A DNA stretch of 64,000 nucleotides from Candidatus Poribacteria bacterium (GTDB lineage: Bacteria > Poribacteria > WGA-4E > WGA-3G), in the NCBI GenBank assembly GCA_963667805.1, contig OY764016.1, positions 4,458,998-4,522,997 of the forward strand. The letters are read 5' to 3'. The position numbers were made by a program, and so were the translations under genes. Of the stretch, positions 18,901 to 25,707 are shown piece after piece; position 1 is the stretch's first letter; every line of letters starts with the position of its first letter. The notes under the pieces were generated by a model. The model was not told the origin of the DNA, searched no databases, and was given only the letters and a program-made list of their open reading frames with translations.

Positions 18901-20049
18901 ACCAACGGCTGGGGCAAAATCCAGCGGATCAACGTAGATGGTACACGGTTTGAAACCAACTTCATCACGGGTTTGACGGGTCCGATGGATATTGCGGTCT
19001 CTTCGGGTCGCGTCTATTGGACAGACACCGGTGGAAGCATTCATTTTGTGAACCTCAGCGATCCCAAGGACATTCGGACGATTGCGTCAGATTTGGGTGC
19101 GCTGGGTGGTATTGCCGCCGATGCCAAGAACGTCTACTGGACAGAGACGACGGGTCAGAGAAGTGGCAGGATCCGAGCCGCGAATCTCAACGGTTCCGGT
19201 GTCAGGGATATGTATACCATAACAGCTACGGTGCACGGACTCGCAATCGATCCCGCAACGAACCGACCGTATTGGACGAATGGCTGGGGCAAAGTCCAGC
19301 GCGGACTCAGCAACGGCAAGATCCAAGATGTCGCCACTGGACTCAGCACACCGACGGCACTGGCGATCGGCGGTGCGAACGACGCGACCGATGCAACACC
19401 CACAAAGTCCTCTACCCCGAAAACTGCCGCCAACAAGTATGATGTCAATGGCGACGGTTCCGTGGATAGTAAGGATGTGGATACACTCCTCCTCGCCGTC
19501 TTAGCCGAGCTCACGGCTGCGAAGTATGATGTCAACGGCGACGGGACAGTGGATGTCAAGGATGTCAGGGATGTCAACAAGAATCTTGACAACGGCGCAG
19601 CAGGCGCACCGACGCTCCTCGGTATGAAGTTCAGTGTGCTTGAAGTCGGCCGACTCCAAGAACAGATTGATCTGTTAATCGCAACCAACGACCGGTCACC
19701 CGCTGCGATGCGGACGTTGGTGTATCTCCAGCAGCTCATCGTCATGGCGCGTCCAGAGCAGACACAGTTGCTTGCGAACTATCCGAATCCGTTCAACCCA
19801 GAGACGTGGATTCCGTATGCGTTAGCAACCGACACGGACGTGCGACTCACGATCTACAACGCTCAGGGTGTTGTCGTCCGGACGTTGCAGCTCGGGCAGC
19901 AATCTGCTGGCTACTACACGGATCGCGAGCGTGCGGCGTATTGGGACGGTCGGAATGCCCTCGGTGAACAAGTAGCGAGCGGAATTTATTTCTACCAGTT
20001 AGAAACCGACGACCTGTCGTCCCTGCGCAAGATGGTAATTTTGAAGTAG
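15982..20049 (+). CDS. giant multidomain cell-surface protein (Ig-like repeats, Thr/Pro-Thr linkers, YWTD six-bladed beta-propeller, dockerin-like repeats, T9SS-type C-terminal sorting domain)
   Basis: Signal peptide MKNQLFTRNVLLGMLMTLVLAFSVQG. The linkers are a poly-Thr run and TTTPDTTTPDTTTPDTTTPAP. YWTD blades are KLYWIEQT, RVYWTDTG, NVYWTETT and RPYWTNGWG. Dockerin-like pairs are KYDVNGDGSVDSKDVD and KYDVNGDGTVDVKDVRDVN. The C-terminus LANYPNPFNPETWIPYAL...LTIYNAQGVVVRTL...SGIYFYQL matches the Por_Secre_tail/T9SS type A consensus. Confidence 0.75.
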   Translation: MKNQLFTRNVLLGMLMTLVLAFSVQGNLADALSFGDTRTNDLQTILRGADFSVTFAVTLVDEARKSAYTAYTSEYTDTNGVVYVYEDKDSSGDYNSGDRRATKSSAFHYNNEAVRISVSGAGAKITSIGNNTITPASSITVKEGGSGAEALTAGDIVVNCSTSSYGEVTITASDATPSEDYPSGVRRAPNFVLTTYVTQYNQAVGTTRTIRLVGVTNGVAIGYDDQRDQPIYNGDSSHYPVTYTAAGGGMLRIQEGSREGAEAASLSTSSAAKVLLNMEGATNTVTAQLGGSFETSQGIYIFGNPQLSITSGNNQSGNPNAPLTNALQVTLQDNASAPAGVVGVPIKFDVTDKSPSGGILSQADESTGVTIVDASNEVVDSPSPGSTMYVRTGTDGVANIDFQLGTIPGEQTVTVSALNIARLTKTIKATATGTAATRQLFAEDIDRQGTTNIYTLVARVENGGTGDPDETVTFTTTKGFLTSGGTTAKTVTATTNAAGKARVTYNAGDSSGTLEVVASISVVAQNITTQLQEVTFNVRGGSSGGDDSAPSSPITRGSLNISVSGTGSTRNITVDAQNADGDGAHGISVLLNVTNGATLSRTSGGTPLTSTLTLPATAGDYVLTATTTADFTGDTETITVTLPGNLGLALIGDQVNGSQTIQVTARNAAGTLETTPVLVSLTGAGLSRTVTVTGSQNVPIVLPTASGTLTASATGYNEGSVTLPARSTTTTTTTTTTPTIPTGPAGGVPDSIVIDGSRTLDGTLAEASRLRVRVLDANDNGVSGVGVTFRVLSPGRGTFAGARGSGRAIRLDTDQNGYATVNFTPTTEGDVIVEAKAAKVTAGVTFILDVGESATTTTPDTTTPDTTTPDTTTPAPADVTLKVGAANRPVMYWITGGALYRQATGDATQITASAKDVVVDTAGGKLYWIEQTSERTGAIHSANLDGSNAKVVKTLTSAPMGLALDTANKKLYLTNGWGKIQRINVDGTRFETNFITGLTGPMDIAVSSGRVYWTDTGGSIHFVNLSDPKDIRTIASDLGALGGIAADAKNVYWTETTGQRSGRIRAANLNGSGVRDMYTITATVHGLAIDPATNRPYWTNGWGKVQRGLSNGKIQDVATGLSTPTALAIGGANDATDATPTKSSTPKTAANKYDVNGDGSVDSKDVDTLLLAVLAELTAAKYDVNGDGTVDVKDVRDVNKNLDNGAAGAPTLLGMKFSVLEVGRLQEQIDLLIATNDRSPAAMRTLVYLQQLIVMARPEQTQLLANYPNPFNPETWIPYALATDTDVRLTIYNAQGVVVRTLQLGQQSAGYYTDRERAAYWDGRNALGEQVASGIYFYQLETDDLSSLRKMVILK

Positions 20050-20084
20050 GCATAACCCCCATTGAGGACTATGATGCTCCAAGT

Positions 20085-20247
20085 GCTGGCGAGGTTTCCT
20101 AACCTCGCCTTGCTCACCATCTCCGCGCTCCTCTGCTGGCGGGGTTTCCTAATCTCCCCGTTCCCCCTGCTGGCGGGGTTTCCCAACCTCGCCTTTTTTG
20201 TCAGTATCAGGATTTGTCTAACTGCTGGCGGGGTTTCCGAACCTCGC
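20085..20247. repeat. four same-orientation REP family-A hairpins in the intergenic region
   Basis: The copies are GCTGGCGAGGTTTCCTAACCTCGCC at 20085-20109 and variants at 20134-20158, 20168-20192 and 20223-20247. Confidence 0.75.
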
Positions 20248-20313
20248 CATGATATTCTACTTGATAAAAGATAGGGGTTTTGCTAAAATTATCAAAACAA
20301 AGCACATGCCGGC

Positions 20314-21261
20314 ATGGATACGGAGGAGATTATGGAGACCCTAAACGATTTTCAAAGTAAACAACGAAAATATATGCCTGTCTTTCCAAACGCGAGCGGG
20401 AAACCGACCGTTTATATCGAAGGCTACCCTTCCGAGGATGAAGACCCCATGCCAGCAGGTGAATTTCATGGGATGCAGATGCATACCTTATTTGACCAAT
20501 TCTTACGATATTTTCAGGCACACCCGCATATCCATGTGAGTATGGACAACTTTATCTACTACCGTGAAGGCGATCTGAGAAAGGTCGTTTCTCCCGATGT
20601 GTATGTCGTCTTGGGGGCTGCGAGACTTCCCTTGCGAAGGAGTTTTTATACGTGGGCAGAAGGCACTGTGCCAACGGCAGTTTTTGAGTTTCTTTCGGAT
20701 GCGACAGGGGCTCAGGATCGCGATGAAAAGATAGAGGTATATCTACGGGATATAGGGGTTGCGGAGTATTTTATCCATCAACCCGATATGAATCGCCCGA
20801 TAGAATTTCGGGGATGGCGGCGGGATGCGGTAGGCACCATCATTGAGATTGAACCGGATGAAGCGGGTGGTATTTTCAGTGCGTCCTTAAATCTGTATTT
20901 GCGATGGGAACTCCATGAGGCGTGGGAGCTGCGGCTTTTACGTCCGTATCTGCCGGATGGCACCCCGATAACGACTTCTATGGAGGAGGAGCACCTTCGG
21001 CTGGAGGAGCGACGCCTTCGGCAGGAAGAGCAACGCCTTCGGCAGGAAGAGCAACACCTTCGGCTGGAGGAGCAACACCTTCGGCAGGAAGAGCAACGCC
21101 TTCGGCAGGAAGCGGAGACGCGCGCGGCGGAAGAGGCACAACGCAGAAGGGAAGCGGAGACGCGCGCGGCAGAAGAAACACAACGCAGACGCGAAGTAGA
21201 AGCCGAGTTAGAACGGCTCCGGGCACAATTGGTGAACTCCCGAGATAGCGATATGTCCTAA
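20314..21261 (+). CDS. Uma2-family (DUF820) PD-(D/E)XK endonuclease-like protein with C-terminal coiled-coil octad repeats
   Basis: The Uma2 core is GEFHGMQMHTLFDQ...PDVYVVLG...FEFLSDAT...KIEVYLRDIGVAEYFIHQPD. The C-terminus is (EEQRLRQ/EEQHLRL)n followed by ETRAAEEAQRRREAETRAAEETQRRRE. Confidence 0.7.
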   Translation: MDTEEIMETLNDFQSKQRKYMPVFPNASGKPTVYIEGYPSEDEDPMPAGEFHGMQMHTLFDQFLRYFQAHPHIHVSMDNFIYYREGDLRKVVSPDVYVVLGAARLPLRRSFYTWAEGTVPTAVFEFLSDATGAQDRDEKIEVYLRDIGVAEYFIHQPDMNRPIEFRGWRRDAVGTIIEIEPDEAGGIFSASLNLYLRWELHEAWELRLLRPYLPDGTPITTSMEEEHLRLEERRLRQEEQRLRQEEQHLRLEEQHLRQEEQRLRQEAETRAAEEAQRRREAETRAAEETQRRREVEAELERLRAQLVNSRDSDMS

Positions 21262-21362
21262 ATCGCCCGACGACTCCTGTTTCAAGTTTGAACCATAGGT
21301 GTCAATTTAAGGTTTTCGTAGGTTGGGTTGAACGATGTTAAAGTAGGAGTCCGTTAAACACA

Positions 21363-21450
21363 TTAGGGCAGCCACAAGGACTGCCCTTACATCATATTCT
21401 TTTTTCAAACAAACACAGGCGCGGTGCCCAAACCGCGCCCTTTTCCTTTT
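21363..21450. terminator. two hairpin plus T-run terminator candidates between convergent genes
   Basis: gggcagccacaaggactgccc is followed by ttacatcatattctttttt. aggcgcggtgcccaaaccgcgccc is followed by ttttcctttt. Either could serve the flanking gene on the opposite strand. Confidence 0.4.
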
Positions 21451-21483
21451 CCTTACCTAACCTATTTGTTGATAGGTGGGCGG

Positions 21484-22428
21484 TTATGCCTCTAATTGTT
21501 CTCGGAAAGCACGAAAACTTCTCGCGATCGAGGCAGCAAGGTTCAACTGCTTGAGCCGGTTGAGATCCTCAATGGCTTCAAGGAGCGGCTTGACCGCAGG
21601 GACATCCGCATTTGGGAAACGTTCGGTGAGAATCGTCAAGGTGCTTTCAATACTCGTTTGCCGTGTCCCTTGTTCTATACCTTGTTGGTATCGTTCTTCT
21701 GCCGCGGTTTCTACGAGATGTTGGTAGACTGAAGATTCTTGCATAACTGCCTCCGATAAAAATCTCCCAATCGCTTGATGGGGGTGAATCAGACCGCTCA
21801 GAACCCACTGTGATACGAGCAGATTGCTGCGAGTCTCCGTGGGTAAGGAGAGGCTCTTTGTGCGTTGGTTACACGCAATCGCCCATTCGAGGGGTGGCGT
21901 GCCAGGTGGGGGTTGCATCAACGGAGCGAAGGGCAGCAACCCTGTGTTTTCCGCCTCCAGCACAGATTGCCCCTGAAGTTCACTAAGACGGATCACTTTG
22001 TATTCCACGATGAACCGGTAGCCCGGCACTTCTTGCGAGTACCCGCCCGGATCCCGCTGTCCCGCGTTTGGACGGAGATAGATGACGTGGGAAAGGACCG
22101 GCAAACCGTATTTTTCATAACATCTACCGAGATACCCGACATTCCGGCGCACCATGTCTATAGGGGCACTGTCGCTGACCTGAAACTCAATGTGCACTAA
22201 AACGAGGACATCACCGAGCCGGACCTTGATCAGGCTATCGGTTCTCCGAACTTCCACACGCGTCAACTCACTTTCCTCAAATCCGAGGAACTGAAAATTA
22301 CTGTGGCCCAAGACTGTCCGCAAAATATCTTCTGGAAACTGATGCAGCGCATCCTTGGTCACAATATCGTAACGGTCCCGCGGGAGAGACGCAACATCTG
22401 GATCGGGCGACTGACGAATCTGAACCAT
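21484..22428 (-). CDS. Rpn/YhgA-like PD-(D/E)XK nuclease/putative transposase with DUF4351-like C-terminal domain (intact paralogue)
   Basis: The hallmark HIEFQ motif is present, followed by VIYLRPNAGQRDPG and the C-terminal QQGIEQG...LKQLNL domain. It is collinear with the IS-split copy at 10259-12070. Confidence 0.65.
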   Translation of the reverse strand: MVQIRQSPDPDVASLPRDRYDIVTKDALHQFPEDILRTVLGHSNFQFLGFEESELTRVEVRRTDSLIKVRLGDVLVLVHIEFQVSDSAPIDMVRRNVGYLGRCYEKYGLPVLSHVIYLRPNAGQRDPGGYSQEVPGYRFIVEYKVIRLSELQGQSVLEAENTGLLPFAPLMQPPPGTPPLEWAIACNQRTKSLSLPTETRSNLLVSQWVLSGLIHPHQAIGRFLSEAVMQESSVYQHLVETAAEERYQQGIEQGTRQTSIESTLTILTERFPNADVPAVKPLLEAIEDLNRLKQLNLAASIARSFRAFREQLEA

Positions 22429-22497
22429 GGTTACATTCTAACCGATTTTCGCAACGACTGTCAAGCCTTTTTCCGAAACTCAATTTTGCTTAAAAGG

Positions 22498-22532
22498 TTG
22501 ACACAATTCAAAGGCTATGATACACTTAAAAA
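22498..22532 (+). promoter_or_regulatory. sigma70-like promoter candidate (TTGACA-17 nt-TACACT) upstream of the pseudopilin gene
   Basis: ttgacacaattcaaaggctatgatacact. The GGAGG SD precedes the GTG at 22652. Confidence 0.35.
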
Positions 22533-22651
22533 ATGGCTGTCAGCAGTCGGCTGTCGGTTAAGAGGCTTTTTGAAGGGTCTTAAGAGCACCCGCTGATGGA
22601 AACCGAAAGTCGATGGCCAATTTGCTATGTCAGATTAGCGGAGGAAAATGC

Positions 22652-23104
22652 GTGAAATCAATCGATTCTAAACAAGCAGGATTAACGTCCATACAGATCT
22701 TAGTTGTCGTCATCGTTCTGGGAATTGTTGCGGCTGTCCTTTTGGCGCCTCGGTTACTCGGACAAGCCGGTCGGGCTTTACAGGCACAAGCCGCGGAGGA
22801 CATTGAAACATTGGGTATCGCTCTTGATAGATACGCCAAGGATAATGGCGATTATCCCTCGACTGAACAGGGCTTAAAGGCACTTTGGGAGATACCTGAA
22901 GCACCCCCAATACCTATAAACTGGGTAGAACCGTATATTCAAATCCCAATCACCGAAGATCCGTGGGGGAATCCCTATGTCTATGTTCGTCCCGGTAACC
23001 ACGACCGATACGGATACGATCTCATCTCTTTCGGCAGTGATGGTGTTGAAGGCGGGACAGGTGAAGCGGAGGATGTCGTGAGTTGGATCCGGCGTGATGA
23101 GTAA
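22652..23104 (+). CDS. gspG: type II secretion major pseudopilin GspG-like protein (orphan)
   Basis: Prepilin leader VKSIDSKQAG|LTSIQILVVVIVLGIVAAVLL, then ...GDYPSTEQGLKAL...DPWGNPYVYVRPGNHDRYGYDLISFGSDGVEGGTGEAEDV, the GspG signature. Position +5 is Gln instead of the near-invariant Glu. No other T2SS or T4P genes lie nearby. Confidence 0.65.
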   Translation: MKSIDSKQAGLTSIQILVVVIVLGIVAAVLLAPRLLGQAGRALQAQAAEDIETLGIALDRYAKDNGDYPSTEQGLKALWEIPEAPPIPINWVEPYIQIPITEDPWGNPYVYVRPGNHDRYGYDLISFGSDGVEGGTGEAEDVVSWIRRDE

Positions 23105-23130
23105 TTTTAATTTTTCCTTTAAGTAAAAAT

Positions 23131-24135
23131 ATGAAGATCACTCAGATTGACGTTATCAAAGTAAGAGTGCCGTATCATCAAGGCATTTATGAACTCATGA
23201 CCCGTCGTAATCTTTACCAGATTGATTACGTCTACAGGGTACACACCGATGTAGGGCTCGTCGGAATTGGCGATGGCGCACTTCAGGCGGATGAAGTCGT
23301 TCAACGCTATATCGGTAGAAATCCATTTGAGTTTATAAATGGCTGGGCACCGACCCCCCTCCAACAGGCTTTTTACGACATTATGGGGAAGGCTCTTGGC
23401 GTGCCGGTGCATCAACTTTTAGGCGAGAAGGTGCACAGCAAAACGCAATTCGGCTACTGGTCGATTGATATGACCCCAGAAGAATGGGCAGCAGAAGCGC
23501 AGCACGCGTATTCGCTCGGCTACCGGCTCCACAAAATCAAAGCCCGCCCGTGGTTTGAAGTGCTGGAGCAGGTGGAAGCAATCACGTCGGTTGTGCCAGA
23601 TGATTATAGACTCCGCGTCGATGCAAATGACTCGTTTGAAACCCCAGAGCGGACCCTCGAAGTTGTGCGTCAACTGCAAGATTACAATATAGAATCATTT
23701 GAGACCCCGATTCCACAAGCCGATATTGCCGGATACAAAGAGATCAAACGACACACCGATATGCCGATAACTATTCACTTCGGCAACCCCGATCCAATCG
23801 AAGCGATACGGGCACATATGAACGATTCGTTTATTATCGCTTACCCGGACTCACGCGCTGCCAATGCTATACAGGAGGCGGTCATTTCAAATGCCGCACA
23901 TCTCCCAGTCTGGATACAGATTGTCGGGCTCGGTATTACGACCTGTTACGTTATGCATCTCGCCGCAGTGATGCCGAATGCAACCATGCCTGCGATTACG
24001 CTGAATGCGTTGCGGGCTTTTGACCTTGTTACGCCGTCAACGATTCCGCTTGTTGATGGATACGCAACTGTTCCAGATAAACCCGGATTAGGCGTTGAGT
24101 TGGATGAGAACGCCCTTGATAATTGCCGAGTCTGA
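23131..24135 (+). CDS. mandelate racemase/muconate lactonizing enzyme (enolase superfamily) family protein
   Basis: The KIKARPWFEV lysine motif and RLRVDANDSFE are present, with metal-ligand Asp/Glu spacing typical of MR/MLE (sugar-acid dehydratase or cycloisomerase-like). Confidence 0.65.
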   Translation: MKITQIDVIKVRVPYHQGIYELMTRRNLYQIDYVYRVHTDVGLVGIGDGALQADEVVQRYIGRNPFEFINGWAPTPLQQAFYDIMGKALGVPVHQLLGEKVHSKTQFGYWSIDMTPEEWAAEAQHAYSLGYRLHKIKARPWFEVLEQVEAITSVVPDDYRLRVDANDSFETPERTLEVVRQLQDYNIESFETPIPQADIAGYKEIKRHTDMPITIHFGNPDPIEAIRAHMNDSFIIAYPDSRAANAIQEAVISNAAHLPVWIQIVGLGITTCYVMHLAAVMPNATMPAITLNALRAFDLVTPSTIPLVDGYATVPDKPGLGVELDENALDNCRV

Positions 24136-24169
24136 GGAGAAGGTATAATTAAAAAGGAGAAAATGCATT

Positions 24170-25588
24170 ATGCAAATGCACGTAGGTGGAGAATGGATTG
24201 ATAAATCCGATAAAATTGACGTCCTGAGTCCTTTCGACGGTTCAGTTGTTGACACTGTTCCCAGAGGGGACGCAGCCGACGTTGAAACCGCTATTCAAAC
24301 CGCGGAACGTGGCGCGAAGGTCATGGCGGGGATGACCGGCTATGAACGCTACGAGATTCTGCGTAAAGTTGCGGACTTGATGGTGGAACGGGCAGGCGAA
24401 CTCGCTGAGGTTATCACTCGCGAAGAGGGAAAAATCCTCGCCGAGGCGACAATTGAAGCAACACGCGCCTCCGAGATTATCGCCCTGTCTGCCGAGGAGG
24501 CGAAACGGTTAACGGGTGAAACGATCCCCCTTGAAGGCGCGCCTGGTGTCAAAGACAAACTCGGCTTTACAGTCCGCATGCCGTGTGGTATCGTCGCCGG
24601 TATTAGTCCTTTCAACTTCCCACTGCACCTTGTTTGCCACAAAGCGGGTCCCGCAATCGCGGGTGGAAACGCTATTATCATCAAACCCGCCACGGACACA
24701 CCGCTCTCCGCCCTGAAACTGGTGGAACTCTTTTTAGAAGCGGGGACACCCCCTGAGGCGATTCAGTGTGTCACAGGTCCCGGTGGCGAAATCGGGGATA
24801 CGCTCTGTGCGGATCAGCGCGTCCGAAAGATTACCTTTACGGGGAGCCGTGATGTCGGCGAGCATATCTGTAAGGTCGCAGGATTAAAGCGTGTCACAAT
24901 GGAACTCGGCTCGAATTCACCGCTCATTGTCATGCCCGACGCGGATCCCGAGAAAGTCGCGAAGGCAGCGGCGGCATCCGGTTATTCTAATGCAGGGCAG
25001 GTCTGTATCTCAACGCAGCGCGTCATCGCGCATGAAAAAATCTACGGTGATTTCTTAGATGCATTCCAGTCAGAGGTCGCTCAAATCAGCACTGGCGACC
25101 CCCTCGTAGAAGGAACACGGATGGGACCGATGATTCGAGAAGGCGATGCCACGCGTGTTGCAGAATGGATTCAGGAGGCAGTCACAGATGGGGCAGAACT
25201 CCTTACCGGTGGCGATAAGCAGGATCAATTTGTTACGCCTGCCATCCTTGCCAACGTCAAACCGGAGATGAAGATCTCCTGTGATGAGGTCTTCGGACCG
25301 GCTGTCGGTGTGACGCGCGTCAACGACATCGACGAAGCGATCGCCCTCGCCAACGATACGAACTACGGACTCAGTGCCGCGATCTTCACGCAGAACGTCG
25401 ATTGGGCAATGAAGTTCGTCCGTGAAGTCGAATCTGGCAACCTGATGGTGAACTGGGGGACGCAGTGGCGTGCGGATCTAATGCCGTATGGCGGTGTCAA
25501 AGAGAGCGGTATGGGCAAAGAGGGTCCGAAATATGCCATAGAAGAGATGACCGAATTGAAGATGGCAATCTTCCATTTGGATAGCTAA
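24170..25588 (+). CDS. NAD(P)-dependent aldehyde dehydrogenase family protein
   Basis: MELGSNSPLIVMPDAD is the Glu active-site motif and GQVCISTQR carries the catalytic Cys. 472 aa. Confidence 0.8.
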   Translation: MQMHVGGEWIDKSDKIDVLSPFDGSVVDTVPRGDAADVETAIQTAERGAKVMAGMTGYERYEILRKVADLMVERAGELAEVITREEGKILAEATIEATRASEIIALSAEEAKRLTGETIPLEGAPGVKDKLGFTVRMPCGIVAGISPFNFPLHLVCHKAGPAIAGGNAIIIKPATDTPLSALKLVELFLEAGTPPEAIQCVTGPGGEIGDTLCADQRVRKITFTGSRDVGEHICKVAGLKRVTMELGSNSPLIVMPDADPEKVAKAAAASGYSNAGQVCISTQRVIAHEKIYGDFLDAFQSEVAQISTGDPLVEGTRMGPMIREGDATRVAEWIQEAVTDGAELLTGGDKQDQFVTPAILANVKPEMKISCDEVFGPAVGVTRVNDIDEAIALANDTNYGLSAAIFTQNVDWAMKFVREVESGNLMVNWGTQWRADLMPYGGVKESGMGKEGPKYAIEEMTELKMAIFHLDS

Positions 25589-25707
25589 TCGCGAGCATTG
25601 AATTTAAACGCAAACCCGCTGTTGATTTGTATCAGCAGCGGGTTTATCTTTTGTCTGTATATACGCTCTGGAAGGAAGCGGAAACCGACGATGCGATTTC
25701 CGGTCGT

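Noticed and set aside
20922-21248. Ala/Gly/Pro-rich ORFs in alternate frames over the Uma2 3' repeats
   Set aside because: They are artefacts of translating a nucleotide tandem repeat in other frames. The Uma2 frame is continuous with a conserved N-terminal domain.
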